From Malacoraja senta (Eukaryota), in assembly GCA_038087875.1 (NCBI GenBank), contig CM076000.1:1674001-1738000 (forward strand): a DNA stretch of 64,000 nt, written 5' to 3'. The notes under the pieces were generated by a model that had not been told where the DNA came from, searched no databases, and worked only from the letters and a program-made list of their open reading frames with translations. Made by a program: the position numbers and the translations under genes. Numbering within the stretch: the stretch's first letter is position 1; each line of letters opens with the position of its first letter. Below are positions 46,735 to 60,136 of the stretch, in pieces.

Positions 46735-49390
46735 ATAAGAAATAGGAACAGGGGTAGGCAGTTTGAACCTCTGGCTGCCTCCACCATTCAACAAGATTGT
46801 GGCTGATCTAACTTGCCTCTTTCCACTTCCCCACCCATTTCCTTTACTGATTTAGAATCTATCTATCTTAGCTTTGGATATATTAAATAATCATTATTGT
46901 ACTACTATTGTCTATTTTGTTGTCTGTTTTGTTATTTTTTTTAATTTATATATACTGAACTTTTTTTGTTATTTATTATGGGTTTTAAAGAGTAATATTC
47001 TTTACACATCTGTTGTGCTGCTGCAAGTAAGAATTTCATTGTTCTGTTTTGGGACATATGACAATAAAAAAAACACTTGAGTCTCAAAAATTCAGCCTCA
47101 CAATTTTCTGCCATAAGGAATTCAAAAGAGTGACAAACTTTTGAAAGAATAAATTCCTTCTTCACCCATTTTTAAATGGGTGCCCGATAAATCTGAGTGT
47201 GCCCACTGGTCTTGGATCCTACCCTGAGGGGCAACATTATACCAGCATTTTTACCCTATCAAGCCCCCTCAGAATCTTATATTTTAATAAGATCGGCCCT
47301 CAATATTCTAAACCCCAATGAGTGCAAACCCAACTTGTTCAACTTTTCCTTTAAGACAACCCTTCCATATCCAGGATCGTCCCAGTGAAAACTCTGTGAA
47401 CCATCTCCAATGTTTAGTTTAGTTTATTACCGAAGTACGGTGGAAAGTTTCTTGTTTTGCGTGCTATCCATTCAGAGAAAATACTATACATGAATACAAT
47501 CAAGTTGTCCACAGTGTACAGATAAGGGATAAGGATCATTTCTTTTTTCAGTACGATTCATAGTTGTCTAGGTGTGGTTTCACTGGAGCCTTGTACAGTT
47601 GTAGTAACACATGCATACTCCAAACCTCTAAATAAAAGTCAGCATTCCATTAGCAGTCCCAATTGCCTGCTGCACCTGTGTTTCACACAAGAGCACCACC
47701 AGATACTCTTTGCTCCAGCTGTCTCTGTAATTAAAGAGACAGACTGCACTCTCTCCATTTAAATAATAATAATCGGGTTTGTTAATTTTCTTTCTATACT
47801 GAATTTTATATGTTCCCAGATTATATTCCATTTGCCAACCCTTGTTAACCCATCATCAACACTGTAAACTGTTTATATCCACTTCACATATTGCCTTCCC
47901 ACCAACCTCTGAATCGTCTGCCAATGTGGCCAAAAGGATATTCAACTCATCTCTCTAAATCCTTCATATAAATTGTAAACAGATGCAGTCCCATCACTGA
48001 CACCTGTGACTCCCCACTGATTACAGCGTGAAAATATCCCACTTCTCGCTACATACTGTTTCCAACTAGTCAGCCCATCTCTACATGTCTGTTTATATTA
48101 ACTTCAATAGAACTAGCTTTTTGAGTGGCAGCTCCTCAGATGCATTTGCAAAGTCCAAATATATTGCATCTACTCATCCCCATCTATCCATCCTGATTAC
48201 TACCTCTGTGAAAAATAAATTTGCCAGACTTGATTTTCCTTCCGTCAAACCAAATGTTCTTCTGCTATCGTATTAGTAATTCATACTGACATTTTTCCAA
48301 CAATAGCTTTTGACTAATTGGCCATCTTTTGTATCTCCATTCTTTCTGAGGAAGGTGTTTGCATTGGCGGTTTTTCAATTATTCGCTATTTCTTCACAAT
48401 GTAAGGGCTTTGGAAGATTGCAAAACCGCATCTACTTCTTTTATGATCCTTGGATGTAAACCGTCAGGTCCAGGCAGCTTACCATCTTTTAGTTTGCCTA
48501 ATACTAATTCTTGAAGTATGGTGATGGCATTTCAATCCCTTCCAATACTTTTTGGTATCAAGGACTTGTTTGTCATATTTTTTACTATAAAGACTGATGA
48601 AAACACTCTCTTCTGCCATTTTCTTGTTATAGTCATACAATGTGGAAACAAGTTCTTCGGCCCAATTTGCCCACACCGACCAACATGTCCCATCTACACT
48701 GGTCCCCAGAACTATTTGATAGCCAAAGAGTTGTACAGCATGGAAACAGACCCTTTGGTCCACCTTATCAATGCATTGGACTAACCCCATTTGCCTGCAT
48801 TTGGCCCATAGCCCTCTAAATCCTTCCTATCCATATATCTGTCCAAATGTCTTTTAAAAGTCATATTTGAATCCGCTTTATATCTTCCTTTGGCAGCTCA
48901 TTCCAGATACAAATACCCTCTAAGTGAAAAAGATGACTGATGCCTTTTAATTCTCTCCTCTAACATCTTAATATAAGCCATTTAGAGTCCTCTGCTGCGC
49001 AAAAAAGATTGAGTGTTCTCTTTATCCATGCCCATCCTGATCTTGTACACCTTAAAGAGGTCACCCCTCAGCCTCCTACACTCCAATGAAACAAGCCCAG
49101 GTAACATCCTTGTGAATCTCCTTTGTACTCCTTTCCAACTTAATGACATCCTTCCTACACAAGGCCTTCATTGGGCACTTAATACTCCCGCGTGTGGTCT
49201 CACCATCAATTTGTACTGCTTCTTCACATTTACCCAACTTTTGTACTCAACATCCTTCCCAAATGAAGACAAGTATGCCGAACACCTTCTTCACTACACA
49301 GTATACCTGCCTCATCACCTTTAGGGAACCATGCACCTGTACTCCCAGATCTCCCTGTTTTGTAACACTCTCTGGAGCTCTACCATTTTC
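46735..49390 (-). mobile_element. patchwork of old CR1 fragments with younger LINE-tail insertions
   Basis: Decayed similarity to the CR1 at 26758-29705 (QVQQAIGTANGMLTFI; TCGTCTGCCAATGT at the FADD position). Boundaries approximate. Confidence 0.65.
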
Positions 49391-50899
49391 TGCTCTGGCT
49401 TGGCATACAAAAGAACACAGTGATAGCTTAAAAATAATGACACTGAGAATGTTACAACTGGATTAATTCAACAACAAACAGTATTCATAGCTTAATATTC
49501 CTGTAAAATATTAATTGCAAAGGCAGCATTTGCAATTGATATTTTACAGGAATATTAACGTATGAGTACTGTTTAATGCCCTCTTCGGTCCTACAAACAA
49601 AATTTATGTCCAAAGACCAATTAGCTCAGTTAATTATTTTGCTATGCTGTGTTTGTTAAACAAGCATTATTTTACGATAGACAAAAATGCTGGAGAAACT
49701 CAGCGGGTGAGGCAGCATCTATGGAGCTATGGAGGTGACGTTTTGGGTCAAGACCCTTCTTCAGACTAGGATATATCAGCACATACACAAATCTAAAATG
49801 GAAATCCTGATTCTTATTTTGTTTACCAATCAAGCTAGTTAGTTTAAAAGCAAATATCTCCCTGGTTAATGTGTGTCAATATGGCTTATCGCTCAACATA
49901 AGAAAAGTACAGCACCGGACAGGCCATTCAGCCCACAAAGTCTGTGTTGAACATGATGCCAAGATAAACCAATCTCATCTGCTATCTTACGAGCCATGCC
50001 AGTATTTGGTTCTAATCTGCAAAATGTTAAGAAGGAAATTAATTAATGTTCTACCCTTTAAGAATTTAAATTGTCTCACTGAACAACAGGTTTAAAAAAA
50101 TATTCTAAATAATATGCAAGAATTTAAAATATATTTGGAAGAATCTTGATAAGTACATTTTGGAAAGTTTCATTCCAGAGAGAAAGGTGATGAGGAGGAA
50201 TTTCTTTAGTCAGAGGGTGGTGAATCTGTGGAATTTATTACCACAGACGGCTGTGGCCAAGTCACTGGATATTTTTAAGGCAGAGATTGGTAAGGATGTC
50301 AAGGGTTATGGGAGAAAGCAGGAAAACGGAGTTGGGAGGGAAAGATAGATAAGCCATGATTGAATGGCAGAGTAGACTCGATGGGCTGAATGGCCTAATT
50401 CTGCTCCTATGACATATGAATGTATCGTTCCTTTCCCCAAATACCAATTTAAATGGATATGTGGATCCATTTAAAATATGGATAGTTTAGATCCATATCT
50501 ACAAGCCTTATTAAATATATTTGATGATATCACTGCCACTGGATGCCAGAGATACTGCCACACGATGCCACACGACACACTGTGTCTTTGTGAGCAGCTG
50601 TTTGTATTTTGAGGTCACCAGCAACACTTGTCACTTTGCCGTTGAATGTGCTTGTTATTCCCTGCTCCCATTTTTTCTCAGTATCTGGATGACACCAATT
50701 ATTGTGAGTTCCTTGGAACTCTGAATGGATTGTGCTGGGCCATCTTTGTGATGAGGTCACCCCTCTCTTTACGTTGGGGAGACTCATCAGGGCACTGAAG
50801 CATGCATTGTGAATCCACAATGAAACACAGGACCCATCTCATGTGAAGCCCAGACCAATATATTACATCTCAGCAAAGAAATATAACAACTCTCTGATG

Positions 50900-51062
50900 G
50901 GCAGCATGGCAGCGTAGTGGTGGAGTTGCTGCCTTACAGTGGCGGAGACCCGGGTTCGATCCTGACCATGGTGCTGTTTGTACAGTTTGTACGTTCTCCC
51001 CGTGACTGCGATGGGTTTTCCCTGGGTGTTCCGGTTTACTCCCACACTCCAAAGACATACAG
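50900..51062 (+). mobile_element. SINE 5' part (continues at 54056-54190)
   Basis: GGAGTTGCTGCCTTACAG...GACCCGGGTTCGATCCTGACC...CCCACACTCCAAAGACATACAG, resuming as CATACAGGTTTGTAAGTTAATTGGC. Confidence 0.85.
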
Positions 51063-54055
51063 TAGGTATGTTACAATACTTACCTTCAGCGGCGCTGTAA
51101 TTCTGCCACTGGCCGTGTGCGTGATTTTGGCGCCTTTAAGGGGGGGGGCGGGGTTAAAACGCGGGTCTCTCCTACCTTGTCCTGAATTATATTTCGTTGG
51201 AGTGCAAGCGTTTGCTGAAAAATCGTTCCTACGGCCGTTTTGTGTGTTTTTTATTTTTATTCGATCGACAATTTCAGCGCTGGAGTCATTTTAAAATCAG
51301 CTTCGAAAGCTGTCAACGCCGACAACGGGGATGGATTTCACACACGGGACAGGTAAACGAAAGCAGTTTATTTTTTTGTATAAAAGTGCTTCTTAAGAAG
51401 CCTTTAATTCACATTTTTTAATGCGAAGTGGTGAATCTTTAGCCGAACTAACGGCAGAATTTTTCATGCTGATAAGGGGTTAAATTCACCGCAAATCAAC
51501 GTTCCAAATGATCGTGTTCCAGAAATCCCCATTCGCAAGATGATTTAAATGGCCATTAATTTACAGGTATTAAACATTAAATTCCTTCCATTTGGCCTGT
51601 AAATCCATGACAATGAGATTTAAAGATTATGTTATATTGTGAATTCTTGTGTGAATGTTATTTGGACACTTAGGCTATTTAAAAATGTTAATCTATTCTT
51701 AAGAAATTGATAGATGTTTAGATCTAGTAATTGAATTTTGTAATTAGCTACAATTAGGTGACTAACTAATTATATGCTTTAATTTCATGTCATCTAAGTA
51801 AGATTGTTTCATATTTGTTTCAGAATGCTTCAATCTATAATAACTGAAAATTTCTTTCAGTTCTCTTAATTTTTAAGAAAGTTATGGGCTTTTGACTGTC
51901 CTCGATCACAGCTTTTGTGTTAAGTCAATGGAAAAGCAATAGGAAACAAGATGCTAATTTCCGAGTATGAAATGGCCATAACTTTTTTAATACTGAAGAT
52001 ATGAAAGTGAATTAGGTGTCAAATTAAACTTCTTTTTATGCTTTATCTTTTTTTTTTTTTATTTTTTTTATTTTTTTATTTTTTTTATTTTTTAGAAGTA
52101 CGGTAGATTACAGTAATGTACAACACGTATATATTAATACATTTTTTGTACCGCTTCACTTTTTTAAACTTTAAGAAAGAAAAAGAAAGAAGTAAGAAAA
52201 GTGAAGAAAGTGCACAAAGGTTGTGAAGTGCAAAAGAGTGTTGGGAAAAGAAAGCCCCTTAGAAAAGAAGTTAGAGAAGGAAGTAAAGTTAGAAAATAGA
52301 CCCTAGAAAAAAAAAGAGAAAGAAAGAAGGAACAATCGCTCTATTATAACTCTTATACCATACTTCATAGAGAAGGAACTACCAACCAAGTCTGTTTTTA
52401 TTTTACCTCCCATTACCAGGTCCAGATACCTTTTATTTATTTATTTGTTTTTCTAAATTACTATTGCACCTCATGCTTGTAATAGGTCCAAAAACGTAGA
52501 CCACGTCTTTTGAAATTGATCTACTTTGCCTACTAGGAGGAATCTCATCTCTTCCAGATGTAATGTTTCCAACATATTTGATGTCCACATTTTTATTGTT
52601 GGTGTGGGCGCATTTTTCCAGAATTTAAGTATAAGCTTTTTTCCCATTATTAGCCCATAATTGAGTAAATTCTTCTGATACACGTTTAATTCAGGAATAC
52701 CTTCCGATATTCCAAAAATAATCCATTCTGGTTTTGGTACCAGTTTTATTTTGATTAATTTTGAAAAAATATCAAATATTTCAAACCAGAATTTTTGGAT
52801 TTTTGTACAAAAAACAAAAGAATGTGCTATGGTAGCTTCTTGACATATACATTTATCACAGATTGGTGAGACGTTAGGAAAGATTTTATTTAGTTTGGTT
52901 TTTGAATAATATAATCTATGTAATGTTTTAAATTGGATAAGCGTATGTCGTACGTTGATCGAGCATTTATGCACCTGTAATAAATGATTATCCCAACTCT
53001 CTTTTGAAATTTTTATACCTAGATCTTGTTCCCAATCTCTTCTAATTCCATCTGTTGTGGGTATTTCTATATTTAAGATGATATTATATAAGTATGATAT
53101 TAAATTAACTGATTCCGCCTTTGTCTTCATTGCTTCATCTAGTAAGTCGGAAGGCATATTATAATAATCTTTTGTGTGTGTTTTCAAATAGTCACAGATT
53201 TGTAGATATTTAAAATATTGATTATTTTTCAAATTATATTTCAGTTGTAGTTGTTGGAATGATAGTAATTTTTCTAATTCATACAGATCTTCGAGCGTTT
53301 TAATTCCCATTCTTTCCCATTGTATAAATGCTTTATCTATGATTGAAGGTTTAAACGATGGGTTATTGACTATTGGTATTAAGAGAGATAGGTTTCTTAA
53401 TTTTAGATTCTGTTTTATTTGCTTCCATGTTCTAATAGTGCTATATATAATTGGATTTTTATTATAATTTTTATTATTCAAATTTATTGGAGAGAGAATA
53501 ATCGCTCCTATATTATTCGGGGAGCAATCCCCCTTTTCCATTATAATCCAGTCCACCTGCTGGGCAGAATTGTCCAGCAGGTGAATCATATTTTTAATAT
53601 TTACTGCCCAGTTATAATACATAAAGTTAGGGAGCGCTAGACCCCCCAACTCTTTTCGTTTGTTAAGGTGTGTTCTTTGTATTCTGTGGGATTTGTAATC
53701 CCATATAAAATTTGTAATGTCTGAGTCCAGTTTTTTGAAAAACTTTTTTGGGAGATATATAGGTATTGATTGAAATAGGTAAAGGATTTGTGGTAAGAAA
53801 ATCATTTTTATAGCATTTATCCTACCTATTAAGGACATCGGAAGTGTTTTCCAAAATTTAATCAGATTATTTAATTTCTTAAGTAGGGGATTATAATTAG
53901 CTTTAAACATATCATGGTAATTTCTAGTAATCTCAATTCCTAAATATTTGAATTTTTCCATAGCTATTTTAAAAGGGAATTTCCTGAGATGCTTTATCTG
54001 ATGGGATAAATTATAGACTTTATTTTTAAAATCTCAAAATTTTGTAACATTGCTA
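51063..54055. mobile_element. non-autonomous DNA transposon (superfamily unassigned) containing an L1 insertion
   Basis: Imperfect TIR TAGGTATGTTACAA / TTGTAACATTGCTA. TSD CATACAG (7 bp, or 8 bp if the terminal A is counted). Confidence 0.8.
52049..53988 (-). mobile_element. 5'-truncated L1-clade LINE (ORF2 C-terminal 496 aa, 3' UTR, A-rich tail)
   Basis: KFKYLGI, SLIGRINAIKMIFLPQILYLFQ, GGLALPN and CDKC...HSFVFC. T-rich tract from 52049. 11-bp TSD ATGCTTTATCT (52038-52048, 53989-53999). Confidence 0.95.
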
Positions 54056-55362
54056 CATACAGGTTTGTAAGTTAATTGGCTTCGATAAAATTGTCCCTGG
54101 TGTGTAGAATAGTGCTAGTGTACAGGGTGATCGCTGATCGGCATGGACTCATTGGGCCAAAAGGTCAGTTTCCGCGCTATATCTCTAATTTTAAATTTCA
54201 TAAAGGTTGACATATGAGCTTTTAGCTCAATCTTATCTATCTTCATCCCTATCTTCATTACCAACAATGAAAATAATTTGAAGCAAAAATTTTACAATAT
54301 TTTGAGAGATGAGAATAATAGCTGGGTAAGATTGAGCGGATGAAAATGGAGATGGGTAAGATTGGGAGTGCAAGTGCAGGGCTTCCTAAAAGTGGTGAGT
54401 TCCAAGCCAATTACAGAGCATATTTATTCTATATATCGGTCTAATAATAGGAAGGAACCGCAGATGTTTGTTACACCAAAGATAGACACAAAATGCTATA
54501 GTAACTCAGCTGGTCAAGCAGCATCTCTGGAGAAAAGGAATAGGTGCCGTTTCGGGTGGAGACCCTTTTTCAGAGTGAAGAAGGTTACCCCTCAGGTACC
54601 TATTAAATCTTTCCCCCCTTACAAGAAAGGTCTCGACCCAAAACATCACCCATTCATTCTCTCCAGAGATGCTGTCTGTTACTCCATCTTTTTGTCTATC
54701 TTCACCTTAAACTTATGTCCACTGGTTCTCAATTCCCCTATTATGGGCAAGAGACTCTGTGCGTCTACCCGATCTATTCCTCTCATGATTTTGTACACCT
54801 CTATACGATAATAGTAGGGTATAACTTTCCTGAAGTAGATATTTCCATAGTGGTGGTTATTCAATAAACTGCAAGTGCCTTATATTTAGGAATGTGTCTG
54901 AACCGCCCAATGAATGAATGTTTAACCTCACGGCATCACAAAATGATTTTGTGATAGGAACTGGATATTGTATCATTCACACATGTGCTTCTTCGGTCTC
55001 TTTAAAGATAGACTAAGAAAATATTTATGAAGATAAGTCTTGATATGGATCATTACGCTGCTTTAGTTTGTAAAGCAAGTTATTATTGGATTGTCATGAT
55101 TCAAGCAGTACAGCTGTTCACATCTAATTATACAAAATTTTAAAAAGTGCTATGCTTCTCCTCAGTGGTTAGCTTAGACAGGCTGGGAGAAAATGACCTG
55201 CATTGCTTTCCTTCATTCTCCTCCTGTGTCTGTATTCAGCTAACCTCTTTGCCAGATGGTGGTGAATCTGTGGAATTCATTGGTGGAGGCCAAGTCATTG
55301 GGTATTTTTAGAGATTCACAGATTCTTGATTAGTAAGGGCATCACTGATTATGGGGAGAAGG

Positions 55363-55640
55363 TATGGTGGTGCAGTGGTAGAGTTGCTGCCTTTAAGCGT
55401 CAGAGACCTGGGTTCAATCTTGCTTATGAGTGCTGTCTGTACGGTGTTTGTATGTTCTCCCTGTGACCATGTGGGTTTTCTCCCACACTCTAAAGACGTA
55501 CAGGTTTGTAGATTATTTGGCTTTGGGAGAAATTGTAAATTGTTTCTAGAGTGTAGGATTAGTGCTGGTGTTGGTGATCGCTGGTCGACACAGACATGGT
55601 GGGCCGAAGGGGCCTTTTTCCACACTGTATCTCTAAAGTC
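55363..55640 (+). mobile_element. near full-length SINE inserted in a CR1 3' fragment (~55250-55765)
   Basis: GGTGGTGCAGTGGTAGAGTTGCTGCC...GGGTTCAATC...CACTGTATCTCTAAAG, with CR1 3' UTR on both sides. Confidence 0.85.
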
Positions 55641-56925
55641 AAGTAAATTAAAGTAAAGGCAGGAGAATTGGGTTGAGAGAGAAATAGATCAGCCATGATC
55701 AAATGGTGGAGCAGACACGATAGGGTGAATGGCCTTATTCTGCTCCTATGTCTTATGGTTTTCATAGATTGCTGTTGAAAATGTTACTGATTGCAGGTCA
55801 CAGATCACTCATAACCTCATTGAAAATTGAAACAAGCTTGAGAAGGTAAATGACTTACTTCTGTTCCTACGCTCTTAGCCTGAAGGGACAGGGTATGAGC
55901 ATCATAATGAGGAAAAATCATTTTCTACACTAACTAATTGCTTATTATCGTCAGTAACGAACCAACATCAAAACTTGTTATAATTTTAACCATCTAATGT
56001 CTCAGCATGTTTTCTTTTAGGCTTAGAACAATAACTTGAGCTTTTTAAAAATAAACATAAAAAATATTCTGCAAAATAAATTATTTCTGAAATGAGATGA
56101 ATAGATTTAAGGATAAGGGCATCAAAGGTTACGGGGCGAACACAGGAGAATGGGGTTGAGAAGGAAATATAGATTAGCCACGATTGAATGCAGACTTGAT
56201 GGGCTGAATGGCCTAATTCTGCTCCTATGTTTTATGATCATATACAGGGAGGGAAATGTTTAAAAAAAAAAACCAGATAATCACATAATAAAAAAACTAT
56301 GTTGCATTAAGTTAGAATCTCTTTCCCTATATTGGTGAGCATATGTATAGTCATGGAGTCACACAACATGGAAACAGACCCTTCTGCCCAACCTGCCCAT
56401 TCCCATCTACACTAGTTCCTCCTGCCTGCATTTGGCCAATATCACTCTAAATTTTCCTGCCCATACACCGGTCCAAATGTCTTTTAAAGGTTGTAATAGT
56501 ATCTTCGTCATCTACCTCCTCTGGCAGTTCGTTCCATATACCCACCACTCACTGTGTGAAAAAGTTACCCCATGTTACAACATAACATCCAAACTTCTAT
56601 ACAAGCCAATGTGCCAAAAGCCTACTTGACCACCATACCTGAGACGCCACTTTCAAGGAACTATGTATTGCACTCCTAGATCCGTCTGTCTACAATACTC
56701 CCCAGCCATTCACTGCGAAAGTGCTACCCAAGTTTGACTTCCCAAAATGCAACACCTCGCAAGCACTGTAATATTACGACAGGGCTTGCACCTGTGATAC
56801 TCTCATCAATTACAGCCAAACGCAGGCAGGTGCAACTAGTGTAGATATGACTTGTTGGTCAGCATGGGCAAGTTGGGCCGAAATGCCTGATTCTACGGTG
56901 TACGACTCTACTGATCTCAGACCTG

Positions 56926-57273
56926 GGTCAAGACGAGATGGAGAGACCAGTGGAAGTCAGCGGAACCATCTAGGCTACACCATTACATCGATGACCCCAT
57001 GGACGTCCCTGGCCAGGACCTGCCCCGAAAGCAGTGGACAACCCTCAACCGCTTGAGGACAGGCATGGAGTAGCGATGAAGAGGTGGGGCCTCGTGGACA
57101 GCGCCTCCTGCGAGTGTGGGGACCCAACACAGACAGTGGAGCACATAGTCACCAGTTGCCCCAAACACCGGCCACCGAATGGTGAACGAGGTCTGATTGA
57201 CCTGGATGATGACACGTTGGCCTGGCTCGCCTCAACGGAGCTGCCGGTCTAAAAGACACACGACAGAAGAAGA
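56926..57273 (+). mobile_element. second Vingi/Ingi-like LINE 3' fragment (different family)
   Basis: LNRLRTG...RWGLVDSASCECGDPTQTVEHIVTSCP, (GAA)n tail and an AGACCTG duplication (56919-56925, 57274-57280). Confidence 0.8.
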
Positions 57274-57484
57274 AGACCTGTTACAATTGGAACTGCAAAA
57301 TCAGAGGTATCATGTTCCTTTTGAGAAGAGTGAGCTTCATCTGGACAACAGGTAAGGAAGTTTAGGAACAATGTAGCCACCATTTCCAATTATCACTCTA
57401 CCATCCACTCCAATCCCACCGAAGAATAGGATTGAGTGCAAAATATCAGAAGACCAAACTAAATTATTTGAAAAAAGGACAAAC

Positions 57485-58940
57485 TGCGGCAGTCCCTGGT
57501 GGTTAGCCACTCGTGGTGCGAACCCGTGGCTCTGCGGGTTGAGTCACGTGACTTGGTTTGGCGGGAAGAGCGGGTCACGGGTCTCCCTGGGGTATATATA
57601 CTGCTGGTAACACCCTTGCCTCATGTTGTGGTTCTGAGAGCTGTTCTGTGTTAATCTAATAAAGATCACTTGTTTGACAACACATCTCTTGCTATATTGG
57701 TGACCCCAACGGTCTAAAATAGTCATTTTGGATCTCAAATATGGACACTGCCAACGCTCAACCAGCCGTTGCCGCCGATCTGGCCCAACAAAACGCTGTC
57801 GCACTTAAGCTGCCGGTTTTCTGGACCTCGCAGCCCCAGGTGTGGTTCCAGCAGGCCAAGGCCCAGTTCCACATCCGCCGAATCACAGCCGACGACACCC
57901 GCTACTATTGCGTGGTCGGCACGCACGATGAGGAGGCAGCCGGTCGCTTGGTTCCTTACCTACGCGAGCCGCCAGCTGCCGATAAGTATGAGGGCCTCAA
58001 GGCGCTGCTTCTCCGCACCTTCGGGCTCAGTCGCCTGGATCAAGCGGCGCGGCCCCTCCACATGGGCGGGCTCGGCGACCGTAAGCCATCAGTCCTCATG
58101 AGTGAAATGCTCACGCTGATGGCCGGCCGGCCCTACCTGCTCTTTGAATACTCCTTCCTGGAGCAGTTGCCGGACGACATCCGCCTGTTCCTCGCAGGTG
58201 AGAACTTCGACGACCCCCTGCAGCTAGCAGAACGAGCCGACGAGCTGTGGCTGTCCAAGCAGCAGGGCAGCGGTTCGCTCGATCGGGTGTCGACAGCTCC
58301 TTGGAAAACGCGACCAGGGGCCCGCCCACGGGGGGCACAGCTGAGGCTCTCGCTCTGGGGGAAGCCGGTAAAAAGAAGTGGCGCTGGGGTTCCGCGGCCC
58401 GTCAATGGCGCTCGCCCTGTTCGTTTCCGGGAAATACCGGGGCCGGCCGCTAGTAATCAACTCAGCGGTCGGCCAGATACACCACCTATACACATGGGAC
58501 CGGCACTCAGGACAACGATTCCTGGTGAACACTGGGGCGGAAGTCAGCGTTTTGCCCCCATCGGGGGTGGACACTCGTTCTGGGAAGCGGGAGCCCTCGT
58601 TAACTGCCGCGAATGGCAGCACCATATGGACTTACGGCGTCCGCACAATTCCACTCATCTTTGGCACTTGCCATTTTACCTGGCCGTTCACCGTTGCCGA
58701 CGTGTCCCAACTGTTGCTGGGCGCCGATTTCCTGCAGGCTCAATCACTGTTAGTCGTTGTGAGGGTACAACGCCTCGTTCGTCTTCCCTTTTGGTTCCGT
58801 GCCTCTGGTTCTGGGGGGGGGGGGTCACGGGTCTCCCCTGGGGTATATATACTGCTGGTGACACCCTTGCCCCTTGTTGTGGTTCTGTCCTGTGTTAATC
58901 TAATAAAGATCACTTGTTTGACAACACGTGTCTCGCTATA
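57485..58940 (+). mobile_element. internally deleted Gypsy LTR retrotransposon (CsRN1-like)
   Basis: 5' LTR 57485-57696. PBS TGGTGACCCC (tRNA-Trp type). gag KLPVFWTSQPQVWFQQAKAQF and protease FLVNTGAEVSVLP. G-run PPT. Partial 3' LTR ~58822-58940. 4-bp TSD AAAC. Confidence 0.93.
57741..58790 (+). pseudogene. gag and inactivated aspartic protease of the LTR element; RT, RNase H and integrase deleted
   Basis: ORFs starting at 57741 and 58378. The catalytic D of the DTGA motif is replaced by N. Confidence 0.85.
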
Positions 58941-60136
58941 AAACTACTGCCATGTTTTTGAGAATATATTCTGCAGATCTTGGACTAGTGGAAGCTAAAG
59001 CTGTTAAAGAAAGGATAAGCAAAGGTAAAATGAGAGACGGTAAAAGAGCCTGGAACTGGATAAAAGGAAGCTCAGGGAAGGATTAAGAATTGAAAGTTTT
59101 TTGTAGATAAACAGATATTTTCAAGATTAACTGAAATTCTAGTATGAGAGCACAATTGTTCAAAGTATCTGTTTGAGAGTCTTAAGATTATTTAGATTAT
59201 TTTATTCAGGAACAATCTCTATGTTTAGCAGGGTTTGCTGAGTTTTCAGATCATCTTCAAATTGAAAAAGGGTCCAGACTCAAAAAGTTGTCTACATTTA
59301 CCTCCAGTGATGCTGCCTGGAAGCATCTGGGAAGCAACTTCCCAGATGCTTCCATAATTTTTCCTTTATTCACTACCCTTTGCTTTTGGGAAGAAATGTA
59401 GTGGATTGCCAACATGACAGTATAAAAAATATTATGGAGCAAATTGAATAAATATTTGAGGTGATATGATCCTGCAGAATCAGCCAGATGGAATGCAGAA
59501 TAATCCAGTACACTTTCAGCAATATTGCTGGGTTGGCTCGTCCCCTTGCGGCAATAGATCCCATCCCTCCACCGTTTGATGCATCCTTCCACGTGTGTCT
59601 CTGCACTGCCATGTGAAAGGAGGCAAAATGTGTAGGAAGGAACTGCAGATGCTCATTTATACTAAAGATAGAGCGCTGGAGTAACTCAGTGGGTCAGGCA
59701 GCATCTCTTCTTCAGATGGAACGCTTCAGTCTTCAGACTGAACTCAAACACTTTCAGTCTGAACAAGGGCCTCTAGTGTTAAGGATGTGAAAGTAGGATA
59801 ATATATAACTAATGAGCGGGTGATCGGTGGTCGGTGTGGACTTGGTAAGCTGAAGGGTCTGTTTCTATGCAGTATCTCTAAACCTTAATGTAAGCCATGA
59901 CTGCCATACAAACACTCATCCTGTTCATTAAAATTGGTTTGTTAATTTTCATTTAAAAAAGGCAAGCTTTGCATTTATTTTTCTTTATTCTTAATGTATT
60001 CTTCTTGCTTTATCTAAGGCACTTTTGGAGAAGGAGATGTAATGTAAACTTAAAAATTTGGAATGACCACCCAACGTCCAGAACACGGAGGTATTTGTTT
60101 GCACCATATGTTTCAAGAATATTACTTTGATATACA

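Noticed and set aside
50900..50975. tRNA-like A/B boxes (GGTTCGATCC)
   Set aside because: Head of a multi-copy SINE; no complete cloverleaf.
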